Source: an uncultured Candidatus Saccharibacteria bacterium (GTDB taxonomy: Bacteria; Patescibacteriota; Minisyncoccia; Phycocordibacterales; Phycocordibacteraceae). From it: a stretch of DNA of 64,000 nt. Numbering within the stretch: the stretch's first letter is position 1; each line of letters begins with the position of its first letter. Position numbers and translations under genes: made by a program. Location of the stretch: assembly GCA_964391975.1 (NCBI GenBank), contig CAYMNZ010000001.1, positions 132,465 through 196,464 on the forward strand. The letters run 5' to 3'. Positions 29,789 through 39,347 of the stretch are shown here, in pieces. The notes under the pieces were generated by a model. The model had not been told where the DNA came from. It did not search any database and saw nothing but the letters and a program-made list of their open reading frames with translations.

Positions 29789-29789
29789 T

Positions 29790-30125
29790 ATGGAATTCAT
29801 CGGTGTCGTCGCAGGAGGAAGCGCCAAAGCTAATGCGCTTGGCTACCCCACAGCCAACATCCCACTTACCGATACAAGTGTATCGGGCATCTTTGCAGCG
29901 AGCGTTCGTCTCGATGATACGGACTACCCTTCAGTCGCATTCGCGGACCCAGCACGCTCTGTGCTCGAAGCACACCTTTTTGATTTCTCTGGAAATCTCT
30001 ACGGAAAGGAAATCACTATCTCGCTCGTGAAGAAAATTCGCGAGACCAAGGAATTCACTGATGACGAGTCTCTCAAGGCAGCTATGAAGGAAGATGCCGA
30101 GGAAGCGAAGAAGATTCTTTTGTAA
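29790..30125 (+). CDS. Stand-alone riboflavin kinase domain protein
   Basis: GYPTANI flavokinase motif; ~110 aa; no FAD-synthetase domain. Confidence 0.65.
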   Translation: MEFIGVVAGGSAKANALGYPTANIPLTDTSVSGIFAASVRLDDTDYPSVAFADPARSVLEAHLFDFSGNLYGKEITISLVKKIRETKEFTDDESLKAAMKEDAEEAKKILL

Positions 30126-30128
30126 TCC

Positions 30129-30752
30129 ATGTTTACCGGCATCATCGAGCAAACAGGAACGGTGAAGAATGTTGCAATGCGTGGGCGTGCAAAAGTAGTA
30201 ACGCTCTCAAAGCCTGCGAGCTGGAAACTGAAGAAAGGGCAGAGTGTGAACGTTAGCGGCATCTGTTCCACTGTCGTTTCTTCCGGTGCCACGAGCCTCA
30301 CTGTTGAGTACATGCCGGAGACGCTGCGTGTCACGACGGCTGCATCTCTTATAAAAGGAACGAAGGTGAATCTTGAACGTTCGCTCAAATACGGAGACCG
30401 TATGGATGGACATCTGGTATCGGGACACATAGAAGGAGTGGGGAAAGTGGGAAAGGTAGAGAAAGAAGGCCGTTCACTTCTTCTCTCGATTAAGGTCCCG
30501 GCTCTTCTTGGTCGCTACGCACTAGAGCGCGGCTCAATTACTATCGACGGTGTTTCGCTCACTGTCGCCCGCAGGCATGGGCCCTGGGTCACGGTCGCGC
30601 TGGTGCCGCACACGCTTTCACACACCACGCTTGGGCAGCTTTCTGTTGGAGACAGCATCAACCTAGAGACCGATATCCGTCATCGTGCGCTCATAAAGCC
30701 CCGTGCTAGAGTGAAATCCTATGCAACGAAGCCACTACGAAAAGGCCGCTAA
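30129..30752 (+). CDS. ribE: Riboflavin synthase alpha subunit
   Basis: MFTGIIE N-terminus; two lumazine-binding repeats; LVSGHIEGVG. Confidence 0.85.
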   Translation: MFTGIIEQTGTVKNVAMRGRAKVVTLSKPASWKLKKGQSVNVSGICSTVVSSGATSLTVEYMPETLRVTTAASLIKGTKVNLERSLKYGDRMDGHLVSGHIEGVGKVGKVEKEGRSLLLSIKVPALLGRYALERGSITIDGVSLTVARRHGPWVTVALVPHTLSHTTLGQLSVGDSINLETDIRHRALIKPRARVKSYATKPLRKGR

Positions 30753-31185
30753 GACCCAGGACGCCTCGAGGCTCACGGTGGGAATCGTCGTCTCAAGCTT
30801 TAATACCGACATCACGGAGAAGATGCTCACGGGAGCAGTGACGACGCTCCGGCAGTGGGGCGTGAAGGAGAAGCAGATTCGCATCGTGCGCGTGCCAGGG
30901 AGCTTCGAGATTACCTACGGTTGTATGAAGCTTCTCAAAAACAAGAAGATGGATGCCATCGTCGCACTCGGCTGCATTATTAAAGGAGAGACTGACCACG
31001 ATAAGTACCTTGCGCATGCGGTTGCAGCAGGCATCACCAACCTCACGATTGCGTCTGGCGTTCCTATTTCCTTCGGCGTCATTACGCCCAACTCACTCGC
31101 ACAGGCGCGCGTGCGGTCAAAAGGGAAGCACAACAAGGGCGTTGAGGCAGCCATTGCTGCCATGAGCTCGGCGCTTCTTCCCTAA
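30721..31185 (+). CDS. ribH: 6,7-dimethyl-8-ribityllumazine synthase
   Basis: GIVVSSFN, RVPGSFEI, LGCIIKGETDH signature. Confidence 0.85.
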   Translation: MQRSHYEKAAKTQDASRLTVGIVVSSFNTDITEKMLTGAVTTLRQWGVKEKQIRIVRVPGSFEITYGCMKLLKNKKMDAIVALGCIIKGETDHDKYLAHAVAAGITNLTIASGVPISFGVITPNSLAQARVRSKGKHNKGVEAAIAAMSSALLP

Positions 31186-31637
31186 TGCCACTTCCTACAC
31201 GACTGGTAGCTGCCATTGGACTTGCGGTGGTCTCCATCGTTGGGCTCGTGTGGTACATGCATTCGTTGCCGCAGGAATCTGAAGAAGAATTGAGTGTTGT
31301 AGCTCAGTCGGTTACCTTTGAGCTTGCTGATACAGACGAGGAGCGCGGACGCGGCCTTTCAGGACGCGCGGAAATCCCTCATAACTACGCAATGCTCTTT
31401 GTCTTTGATACTCCTGGCCGATACGGCTTCTGGATGAAGGATATGCGCACCTCTATCGATATTATCTGGCTCGATGAGAATCATGTGGTAACAAAGGTAG
31501 ACGAAGCGGTTCTTCCAAGCACGTTCCCAACCCTCTTCTATCCACCGACCCCAACGCGCTACGTGCTTGAGACTGCTGCAGGGCAGGCGAAGGTCCTCGG
31601 ATGGGTGCCAGGCACTTCAGTCGCACTGCCACTGTAG
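31185..31637 (+). CDS. DUF192 domain protein
   Basis: N-terminal TM; ...NYAMLFVF...MKDMRTSIDIIWLD... typical of COG1430/DUF192. Confidence 0.65.
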   Translation: MPLPTRLVAAIGLAVVSIVGLVWYMHSLPQESEEELSVVAQSVTFELADTDEERGRGLSGRAEIPHNYAMLFVFDTPGRYGFWMKDMRTSIDIIWLDENHVVTKVDEAVLPSTFPTLFYPPTPTRYVLETAAGQAKVLGWVPGTSVALPL

Positions 31638-31649
31638 CCGTGCTATAGT

Positions 31650-31966
31650 CCTCCCGGACCGATACAGGCAATCGCTCTGAGTTTCTCAGAGAGGAAAGTC
31701 CGAACACAGGCAGCGAAAGCTGCAGAAAGGTAGCGGGTAACGCCCGTCCGCAGCAATGCGCGAGGTGCGAACAGTGACGTCAACGACGAAAGTCCGCGAC
31801 ATCCTTCGGGATGAACTTCATCGTAAGGTGAAGATGAAACGGCAAAATCCTTACCCCTGTGCAAGGCCGTGCCCCGCAAGAGGAGTGCCGCTTGAGGGCG
31901 TCGGTAACGACGCTCCCAGATAAATGATTGTCCGCGACAGAATTCGGCTTACCGTATCGATCCAAC
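31650..31966 (+). ncRNA. rnpB: RNase P RNA (bacterial type)
   Basis: P4 halves GAGGAAAGTCCGAAC and ACAGAATTCGGCTTA; GGGTAACGCCC loop; P1 pairing GGACCGATAC/GTATCGATCC; lies in a 440-nt gap and is covered only by short spurious ORFs. Confidence 0.7.
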
Positions 31967-31971
31967 AACAT

Positions 31972-32000
31972 GCGAAACCCGCCCTCGAGGCGGGTTTCGC
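31972..32000 (+). terminator. Hairpin terminator after rnpB
   Basis: GCGAAACCCGCC-CTCGAG-GCGGGTTTCGC perfect stem; no strong T-run. Confidence 0.5.
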
Positions 32001-32081
32001 CTATCCACGTTAGAAGTAAAGGGACAGAAGGACTACGGTATACTCAAAAGGTATTACTAGGGGTAGTTAGGTACATTTACT

Positions 32082-34427
32082 ATGCACGATTCAACAACCG
32101 GCATTCGCCGTCTTTCGCTCGACAGTGCTGCGGCATGGGTGCTGACCGCAACTGCAGTCATTGCCATTCTTATTTTCCTTCCGTTCAGTTGGGCGCCATT
32201 CGTCCACACCAAAGTGCTGGTACTCACGCTCGGCGTGTTGCTCACGCTCGTGCTCTTTGTGCTCAGCGCACTCAAGCGCGGAAGTATCACGCTCCCGCAT
32301 CTTCCGCTTGTCGGTTCTCTCTGGTTGGTGCCACTGGCGTACCTTCTCTCCACACTCTTCTCCGGCACTAACCCTGCAGCTGCGTTCTTCGGCACCGGCT
32401 TCTCCCCTGACAGTTTCGGGCTCTTCCTCCTTCTCGCCCTTCTTGCAACACTGGCTTCCTTCGTTCTCTCGACACTTCAGTTCCAGAAGCGCTTTGTGAA
32501 GGGACTGATAGGTGCGTTCCTCCTCCTGCTTGTTTCGGAGATTGTGTTCCTTCTGGGTGGAAAATTCTTCCCAGCGCTGGTTTCTCCGACCGGAAACCTC
32601 ATTGGTTCTTTCGTTGACCTCGGCTTCTTCGTAGGTCTTGGTGTCTCGTTGGCGCTTCTCTGGGCTCGGTTCATGGTCGTGAAGCGCAAGGTAGTCTTAT
32701 ATGTCGCGGTCGTTCTTGGGCTTATCGTTCTTGCTCTCGCTAACTCCATCATTGCCTGGGCCCTCGTATCTCTCGTTGCGTTTGGTCTCTTTGTAGAGGC
32801 GGTGATGTACATGCAGTCGCGCACCGAGAGTCCGGTACGCCGCTCGCTCGCCCTGCCACTACTCACGCTTGCTGCAGGCCTCCTCTTCATGCTCGGAAGC
32901 TCAACAGTAGGAAGCGCTCTCTCGACGCTTGCTGGCACTACCTATATAGATGCTCGTCCTTCATTGCAGTCGACCTTCCAGGTAGGTACGCACACGTACG
33001 CTTCCTCACCACTCTTTGGCACCGGACCAGGTACCTTCGGAAGGGAGTGGCTCGAGCACCGTGACCGCTCAATTAACGACAGCATCTTCTGGAGCGTCGA
33101 CTTCACCTCGGGCATCGGGCACGTGCCAACGTCCTTTGTGACCACTGGCGTCATCGGCGTTCTTGCCTGGATTGCCTTCTTCGCACTCTTCCTGTTCTTC
33201 GGTCTTCGCTCGCTTCTCATGCGCTTACCGACTGAACCATGGCCGCGCTTCATCTCGATTGCTTCCTTCACGGGCGCACTCTATGTGCTTATACTCGCGA
33301 TAGCTGCGCTGCCGGGCCCCGTTACCCTCGGTATAGGATTCTTGCTGCTCGGCCTCTTCATTGCTTCGAGACCTGAAGCAGAGGGACGAATGCTTACGTT
33401 CTCGCAGAATCCGCGCATAGGGTTCGCGCTGGTATTCACGCTTACGTTACTTCTTATTGCATCGCTTGCATACGGTTACGTGGTGGTCAGCCGCTATGTT
33501 GCTGACGTCTCGTTCAATCAAGCAGGAACTGCACTGTCTGCAGGAAACTTCGATGCTGCACAGAGCGCCGTCACTCGCTCGATTGCATTGGCTCCTGAAA
33601 GCCGTACGTACCGTCTTGCAGCGCTTATTGGGTATGCACGCATGAGCCAGGTAGTGAATAACTCTTCGCTCACCCAGACTGAAGCACGTGACCAGTTCCA
33701 AACTGCCGTTGGTAGTGCCATCACGTCTGCACTTCAAGCAACCACACTTGACCAGAACGATTACCAAAACTGGGCAATGCTTGGAAACATCTACGGCAGC
33801 TTGGTGCCGCTTAAGATTGAAGGTGCGTATGAGAACGCGAAGGGCGCGTACGAGAAGGCAGTAGCGCTTGCTCCTACCAACCCGAGCCTACCGTACGTTC
33901 TGGGGCAACTTGAGATTGCGCGCGGTAACACAGAAGCGGCGGAAGCGTATCTTATTGAAGCTATTAACTTGAAGCGCGATTACACGCAGGCAATCCTTCT
34001 CTTCGCGCAAACAGAAGTCTCAAGCGGCAAGACCGCGCAGGCGCTCCAGGCAGCTGAAGCAGCTGCGTACTTCGCTCCAAACGACCCAGGCGTGCTCTTG
34101 CAGGTGGGTCTACTTCGTTCGGCGGCTGGCGAGACGGCCGGCGCTATACAGGCCCTTGCGCGTGCGTCTGAGATTAACCCTCAGTTCGCCAACGCTCGTT
34201 TCTTCCTCGGCGTTATGTATGCCGTCTCAGGAGAGTATGAGAAGGCGGTTGCAGAGATTAGCGCTGTTGCAAGCTTCTCTCCGGAGAACGCTACGGCAGT
34301 GGCGGCAGACCTCGAGACCTTGAAGCAAGGGAAGAATCCGTTCCCAGCATCCCGGCTCGCAGCCTTCGGCATTCCGTACGCTCCACTAGCTGAGCCACGT
34401 CCCGCAGGTGTCGTGCCGGCGCAGTAG
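32082..34427 (+). CDS. O-antigen ligase (Wzy_C)-like polytopic membrane protein with C-terminal TPR repeats
   Basis: ~12 TM helices, large periplasmic loop, ~250-aa TPR region (YEKAVALAP, AIQALARASEINP). Confidence 0.7.
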   Translation: MHDSTTGIRRLSLDSAAAWVLTATAVIAILIFLPFSWAPFVHTKVLVLTLGVLLTLVLFVLSALKRGSITLPHLPLVGSLWLVPLAYLLSTLFSGTNPAAAFFGTGFSPDSFGLFLLLALLATLASFVLSTLQFQKRFVKGLIGAFLLLLVSEIVFLLGGKFFPALVSPTGNLIGSFVDLGFFVGLGVSLALLWARFMVVKRKVVLYVAVVLGLIVLALANSIIAWALVSLVAFGLFVEAVMYMQSRTESPVRRSLALPLLTLAAGLLFMLGSSTVGSALSTLAGTTYIDARPSLQSTFQVGTHTYASSPLFGTGPGTFGREWLEHRDRSINDSIFWSVDFTSGIGHVPTSFVTTGVIGVLAWIAFFALFLFFGLRSLLMRLPTEPWPRFISIASFTGALYVLILAIAALPGPVTLGIGFLLLGLFIASRPEAEGRMLTFSQNPRIGFALVFTLTLLLIASLAYGYVVVSRYVADVSFNQAGTALSAGNFDAAQSAVTRSIALAPESRTYRLAALIGYARMSQVVNNSSLTQTEARDQFQTAVGSAITSALQATTLDQNDYQNWAMLGNIYGSLVPLKIEGAYENAKGAYEKAVALAPTNPSLPYVLGQLEIARGNTEAAEAYLIEAINLKRDYTQAILLFAQTEVSSGKTAQALQAAEAAAYFAPNDPGVLLQVGLLRSAAGETAGAIQALARASEINPQFANARFFLGVMYAVSGEYEKAVAEISAVASFSPENATAVAADLETLKQGKNPFPASRLAAFGIPYAPLAEPRPAGVVPAQ

Positions 34428-34436
34428 AATACGTAA

Positions 34437-36116
34437 ATGGTACAGCGCCTTTTCGGAACCCTGACGGCGCCGATACGCGGCCTCCACCAGGCCGCGTATC
34501 TCTTAGCGGGACTCACCTTCGCGTCTCAGCTCTTAGCGCTTCTTCGTGACCGCATCTTTGCGGGCGCCTTTGGCGCAGGGGAGACCTTGGACCTCTATTA
34601 CGCCGCCTTCAAAATTCCGGACCTGGTGTTTGCGCTCGTCGCCTCGCTCGTCTCGGCCTACGTCATCATTCCCCGAATTGCCGGGGACAAGGGAGAGAAT
34701 GCACGGGCGCTTCTGTCGCAGGCCACCTCCTTCCTCATTATTGGCGGGGGAGTCGTATGCACCGCACTGTTCTTTGTGATGCCACAGGCGCTTTTCCTTG
34801 CGTTTCCGAATTTTGCAGATTCTCCACGCGCTGATGAGTTCGTAGCACTTGCGCGGCTGCTCCTCATACAGCCCATTCTGCTTGGAGTCTCAGGAATACT
34901 TGCGAGCGTGACGCAGGTACATCGCCGGTTCCTGTTGTTTGCGCTCTCGCCAATCCTCTACAACATCGGCATCATCGTTGGCGCGCTCTTCCTCTACCCA
35001 ATTATGGGGCTGCCGGGTATCGGTGTAGGCGTCGTCATAGGAAGCATTGCGCATCTTCTTATCAACGTGCCGGTGGTAGTAGGCGCCAAGGTGTTCCCAC
35101 GATTTGTTCTTCCATCGTTCGCCGTGCTTCTCGGTCTTATGAAGGACTCAGTCCCACGCTCACTTGCGCTATCGATGGGGGCTGCAACGACGTTTGTTCT
35201 TGCTGCCCTTGCTGCCTTCACAGGTACTGGTGGTATTTCTATTTTTTCACTTGCAAGCAACCTTGAGGCAGTGCCACTCGCGCTCATTGGTGCGTCCTAC
35301 GCCACCGCGGCATTCCCAGTTCTTGCAAAGGAAATGAATGACGGACATCTGCAAGCCTTTGCTGCGACTCTGGCAGCTGCAGCGCGCCACCTTATTTTCT
35401 GGTCTGCCATTCTTGCGGTACTGACTATTGTGTTGCGCGCCCACATTGTGCGTATCGTGTTGGGTACCGGCGCGTTCAACTGGGACGACACACGTCTTAC
35501 CGCTGCAGTGTTGGGAATACTCGCCCTCGCCCTCGTTGCGCAGTGCATCGTTCTGTTGGCTGCACGTGCGTTTTATGCGGCAGGTCGCTCGTGGATGCCG
35601 TTTCTTATACAAATTATTGGACTCGTCATTTCCATTGGTGCTGCAGCGGGTACGCTCGCGCTCGCACACACCTATCCGTTTGCTCGCGACTTCATAGAGG
35701 CGTTGATGCGCGTTGAAGGAGTGCCGGGCTCTGACATTCTCTTCATTGCGCTCGGTGCTGCCCTTGGGCAGCTCGTGATGGGAGCGATTGCCATTGCCAC
35801 GCTACAGACGGTTGCGCCCGGGGTGGCGGGCTCGCTTGCGCGTCCCATACTTGAGGGAACAGGGGCAGCAATTGTGGGCGGTGCCGTTGCCTACGGCGCT
35901 CTCGTTCTTATGGGCAACATCGCCCCGCTCTCCACACTCCTCGTCGTGCTTGCACAGGGCGTTGCGGCTGGTATGGTGGGAGTCGTAGCTGCGGCGGGCG
36001 TCCTCTTCCTCCTCGAGAACAAGGAATTCAAGGACCTTTGCAGGTCTTTCTCCCGCATCATGCTCCCGAAGACCCCGCTGTACAGCCCGACTCTCAATGA
36101 CCGCACCGATTCGTAA
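34437..36116 (+). CDS. murJ: Lipid II flippase MurJ/MviN
   Basis: 14-TM MOP-family protein; N-terminal ASQLLALLRDRIFAGAFGAG. Confidence 0.8.
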   Translation: MVQRLFGTLTAPIRGLHQAAYLLAGLTFASQLLALLRDRIFAGAFGAGETLDLYYAAFKIPDLVFALVASLVSAYVIIPRIAGDKGENARALLSQATSFLIIGGGVVCTALFFVMPQALFLAFPNFADSPRADEFVALARLLLIQPILLGVSGILASVTQVHRRFLLFALSPILYNIGIIVGALFLYPIMGLPGIGVGVVIGSIAHLLINVPVVVGAKVFPRFVLPSFAVLLGLMKDSVPRSLALSMGAATTFVLAALAAFTGTGGISIFSLASNLEAVPLALIGASYATAAFPVLAKEMNDGHLQAFAATLAAAARHLIFWSAILAVLTIVLRAHIVRIVLGTGAFNWDDTRLTAAVLGILALALVAQCIVLLAARAFYAAGRSWMPFLIQIIGLVISIGAAAGTLALAHTYPFARDFIEALMRVEGVPGSDILFIALGAALGQLVMGAIAIATLQTVAPGVAGSLARPILEGTGAAIVGGAVAYGALVLMGNIAPLSTLLVVLAQGVAAGMVGVVAAAGVLFLLENKEFKDLCRSFSRIMLPKTPLYSPTLNDRTDS

Positions 36117-37896
36117 CTTTTCCATAATTGCCCATATTGACCACGGGAAATCCACCCTGGCTGACCGTATGCTCGAGCGTACGGGCACTATCGAGGCACG
36201 CAAGATGCGGGATCAGGTCCTCGACAAGATGGACCTTGAGCGGGAGCGCGGCATCACCATCAAGATGCAGCCAGCACGCATGAATTACACCGCTAAGGAT
36301 GGTCAGAAGTACATTTTGAACCTCATCGATACCCCGGGGCACATCGACTTTGCCTATGAGGTTTCTCGCGCACTGACGGCGGTAGAAGGAGTGATTCTGT
36401 TGGTGGACTCCACCCAAGGTGTGCAAGCGCAGACACTCACCACGCTTTCTATGGCGAAGGCTGCGGGCTGCGTCATCATCCCAGCTGTCTCGAAGATTGA
36501 TTCTCCTTACGCACGTGTTGATGAGGTATCAATTGAGCTTGCAGCACTTCTGTCGGTTGCTCCCGAGTCTGTGCTCGCAGTTTCAGGCAAGAGTGGGGCA
36601 GGAGTCGAAGAACTCCTTGAAGCCATCATCGAGCGCATACCAGCTCCGAGAGCACCGGAGGCGGATGAGGCGCGTGCCACTATCTTCGACTTCTCCTTCT
36701 CCACGCATCGCGGCATCGCGGTGTACGTGCGTGTGTTTGACGGCAAACTCAAGAAAGGCGACCTTCTGACGTTCCGTGCAGCTGACAAGAAGTTCACCGC
36801 GCTTGAGACCGGTATTTTCATACCTGACGAAACACCATCGGACTCACTCTCAGCGGGTGAGATTGGCTACGTGGTCACCGGCATTAAGGAACCGGGGGTG
36901 GTTGCGGTGGGAGACACGATTGCACTTGAACGCGGAACGCTTCCCGCGCTCCCAGGCTTTGCTCGTCCGCGCCCAGTTGTCTGGGCCTCCGTCTATCCTG
37001 AAAGCCAGGACGACCTCTCTGACCTCAAGCAATCACTTGAGCGTCTCAGGCTTTCCGATTCCTCGCTTTCATTTGAGGAGGAGTCTTCCGGTGTGCTCGG
37101 ACGCGGATTCCGTTGCGGATTCCTCGGTATGCTTCACCTTGAGATTGTGACTGAGCGACTCAAGCGCGAGTTCTCGATTTCGCTCATTGTTACCATTCCA
37201 ACCATTGCGTACATCGTCACCGCAAAGGGGAAGCGTGAGACCGTCTACACGCCCTCAAAGTTTCCAGCCTATGGAGACATCGAGCTTATCGAGGAGCCGT
37301 GGGTGAAAGCCATACTCATCACACCACCAGATTCGCTCTCTAACCTCATCCAGCTCTTCCATGACCATGAGGGGGTCATACAGCACACTGAGACGTATAG
37401 CGATGGCCGCATTGAGCTTTCGGCTGAGATGCCGCTTCGTGAGCTTATGCGCGGCTTCTTTGACCGCGTCAAAAACGCCTCCTCAGGCTACGCGTCACTT
37501 TCCTACGAGTTTCTTGATGAGCGTATCGCAGATGTGGTGCGCCTCAACATCCTTGTTGCTGATGAGGAGGTGCCCGCCTTCGCTCGCATCGTCTCGCGCC
37601 GCAGGGTGCAGGAGGAAGGGGAGCGCATGGTAGAGCGACTTGCAGGCTTGCTGCCACGCCAGCTCCAGGTCACGAAAATTCAAGCAGAGGCGCTGGGCCG
37701 CATCATCTCCTCGAAGTCTCTCTCCGCGCTTCGCAAAGACGTGACTGGCTATCTCTACGGAGGCGACGTTACTCGCAAGAAGAAACTTCTTGAGAAGCAG
37801 AAGAAGGGAAAGAAGCACCGTTCCCAGTTCGAGAAGAACCGCGTGGATATTCCCGAGGAAGTGTTCATGAAGATGGTGCAGGAGAGCGAGCGGTAG
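36097..37896 (+). CDS. lepA: Elongation factor 4 (LepA)
   Basis: IRNFSIIAHIDHGKSTLADR, DTPGHIDF; LepA C-terminal domain; 599 aa. Confidence 0.95.
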   Translation: MTAPIRNFSIIAHIDHGKSTLADRMLERTGTIEARKMRDQVLDKMDLERERGITIKMQPARMNYTAKDGQKYILNLIDTPGHIDFAYEVSRALTAVEGVILLVDSTQGVQAQTLTTLSMAKAAGCVIIPAVSKIDSPYARVDEVSIELAALLSVAPESVLAVSGKSGAGVEELLEAIIERIPAPRAPEADEARATIFDFSFSTHRGIAVYVRVFDGKLKKGDLLTFRAADKKFTALETGIFIPDETPSDSLSAGEIGYVVTGIKEPGVVAVGDTIALERGTLPALPGFARPRPVVWASVYPESQDDLSDLKQSLERLRLSDSSLSFEEESSGVLGRGFRCGFLGMLHLEIVTERLKREFSISLIVTIPTIAYIVTAKGKRETVYTPSKFPAYGDIELIEEPWVKAILITPPDSLSNLIQLFHDHEGVIQHTETYSDGRIELSAEMPLRELMRGFFDRVKNASSGYASLSYEFLDERIADVVRLNILVADEEVPAFARIVSRRRVQEEGERMVERLAGLLPRQLQVTKIQAEALGRIISSKSLSALRKDVTGYLYGGDVTRKKKLLEKQKKGKKHRSQFEKNRVDIPEEVFMKMVQESER

Positions 37897-37912
37897 TTGC
37901 TATACTGGCGAG

Positions 37913-38266
37913 ATGTCTCGCCGTTCACGCCCCACACTTCGGGAGTGCCTCATCATTGGGGCTCTCTCATTGGCACTTATTTGGCTCCTGTGGCTTCTCT
38001 GGGGCATCGCCCATAAGGAAGAGAAGGCGCGCAATGCCGCAGAGGAGGCTAAGGCGGAGCTTGCAACGCTTATGGTGCGCAAAGAGACCCTTGAAGAGAA
38101 TATTGCAGAGCTCTCTACTTCGCGCGGAGAGGAAGCCACACTTCGTGAGGCATACGGCGTTGCACGTCCCGGGGAAGAGGTTATTATCGTGGTGCCGGAC
38201 GACGGCAGGGAGAAGGGACCTCCACTGCCATGGTGGAGGAAGTTTCTGGGCTGGTTTGGATTGTAA
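37913..38266 (+). CDS. FtsB/DivIC-like septum formation initiator (tentative)
   Basis: Single N-terminal TM helix followed by a coiled coil; 117 aa. Confidence 0.4.
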   Translation: MSRRSRPTLRECLIIGALSLALIWLLWLLWGIAHKEEKARNAAEEAKAELATLMVRKETLEENIAELSTSRGEEATLREAYGVARPGEEVIIVVPDDGREKGPPLPWWRKFLGWFGL

Positions 38267-38338
38267 GCGGGATTAGTTTAGTGGCAGGACGATTGCTTCC
38301 CAAGCAATAAGCACGAGTTCGATTCTCGTATCCCGCAC
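38267..38338 (+). tRNA. tRNA-Gly (anticodon CCC)
   Basis: Acceptor GCGGGAT/ATCCCGC; anticodon arm ATTGC-TTCCCAA-GCAAT; T-arm ACGAG-TTCGATT-CTCGT; no encoded CCA. Confidence 0.8.
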
Positions 38339-38406
38339 TGAAAATAGGCCGATAATGGCTGTGGATAACTACAGATGATATAATTGGCCTACCTAACGAA
38401 ACACAC

Positions 38407-38661
38407 ATGGATAAGCAAGTCACTATTTACAGCACCCCAACTTGTCACTTCTGCCAGATGAGCAAGGAGTACTTCAAGGAGCACGGTATTCAGTACACTG
38501 AATTCGATGTTGCTGGAGACCAGGCAAAGCGCCAGGAGATGATTGAGAAGTCCGGTCAGATGGGCGTTCCGGTCATATTCGTCGGCGAGGAGATGATTAT
38601 CGGCTTCGACAAGCGTCGTTTTGACGAGTTGTTCGGCGTCGCGACTGAGCCGGGAATGTAG
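38407..38661 (+). CDS. Glutaredoxin-like (NrdH/Grx) small redoxin
   Basis: TCHFC CxxC active site; 84 aa; GVPVIF. Confidence 0.75.
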   Translation: MDKQVTIYSTPTCHFCQMSKEYFKEHGIQYTEFDVAGDQAKRQEMIEKSGQMGVPVIFVGEEMIIGFDKRRFDELFGVATEPGM

Positions 38662-38673
38662 TTCCCTTCTACA

Positions 38674-38706
38674 AAACCCCGAGGCTTAAGTGCCTCGGGG
38701 TTTTGT
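38674..38706 (+). terminator. Rho-independent terminator
   Basis: CCCCGAGGC-TTAAGT-GCCTCGGGG followed by TTTTGTG. Confidence 0.75.
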
Positions 38707-38722
38707 GCTACTCTCCCCGTAC

Positions 38723-38797
38723 GCCCTCGTAGTTCAATGGATAGAACGTCTCACTCCTAACGAGATAATGTAGGTTCGATTCCTGCCGAGGGCACCA
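38723..38797 (+). tRNA. tRNA-Arg (anticodon CCT), CCA encoded
   Basis: Acceptor GCCCTCG/CGAGGGC; anticodon loop CTCCTAA; T-loop TTCGATT. Confidence 0.75.
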
Positions 38798-38804
38798 CAC
38801 ACCA

Positions 38805-39347
38805 ATGAAGATTTACGTCATTCGGCACGGAGAGACTACCTACAACAAAGAACGCCGCGTTGCCGGTCAGGTGGATGTACCACTGAACGAAGAAGGTTTA
38901 GCGCAGGCAAAGGAAGCGGCCAGCACCGTTCCTCTCGACTGCACGAGGATACTTTCCTCAGATCTCATTCGCTGTCGTCAGACGAGCGAGATACTGAACG
39001 AAGGCAGGAACCTAGAGGTCACGTATGATGCGCGGTTGCGCGAACGGGACTTCGGTTCTCTCGCGGGGAAGTCCTACGATGACGAGGCGTTCAGCGGGGA
39101 TTTTTGGGAAACGGACCGTCGGCAAGATTTTGACTATCGGGCCTTTGGCGGGGAGGCGGTCCAGGATGTGTTCGCTCGACTCTCCGCTTGTTTGGAGGAA
39201 GTGCGTAAGACGGGAGGAGTGCCACTTCTCGTGACCTCGGCAGGAATAATTAAACTGCTACAAAAGCGCTTACATGGAGAGGCAAAAGGTCACATTCCCA
39301 ACAGCTCCATACACGAGTTTGATATACCCGATACTTTTGGCGCATGA
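38805..39347 (+). CDS. Histidine phosphatase family protein (phosphoglycerate-mutase-like)
   Basis: VIRHGETTYN catalytic RHG motif. Confidence 0.75.
   Translation: MKIYVIRHGETTYNKERRVAGQVDVPLNEEGLAQAKEAASTVPLDCTRILSSDLIRCRQTSEILNEGRNLEVTYDARLRERDFGSLAGKSYDDEAFSGDFWETDRRQDFDYRAFGGEAVQDVFARLSACLEEVRKTGGVPLLVTSAGIIKLLQKRLHGEAKGHIPNSSIHEFDIPDTFGA

Noticed and set aside
29778-29789. FMN riboswitch upstream of the riboflavin genes
   Set aside because: There is no intergenic space. The riboflavin-kinase-like gene starts immediately at or overlapping the end of the preceding repeat-protein gene.
31643-32395. Several 60–150-aa ORFs on both strands
   Set aside because: They overlap the RNase P RNA gene and the start of the O-antigen-ligase gene. 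Their composition is Arg/Ala-rich junk, so they are spurious.
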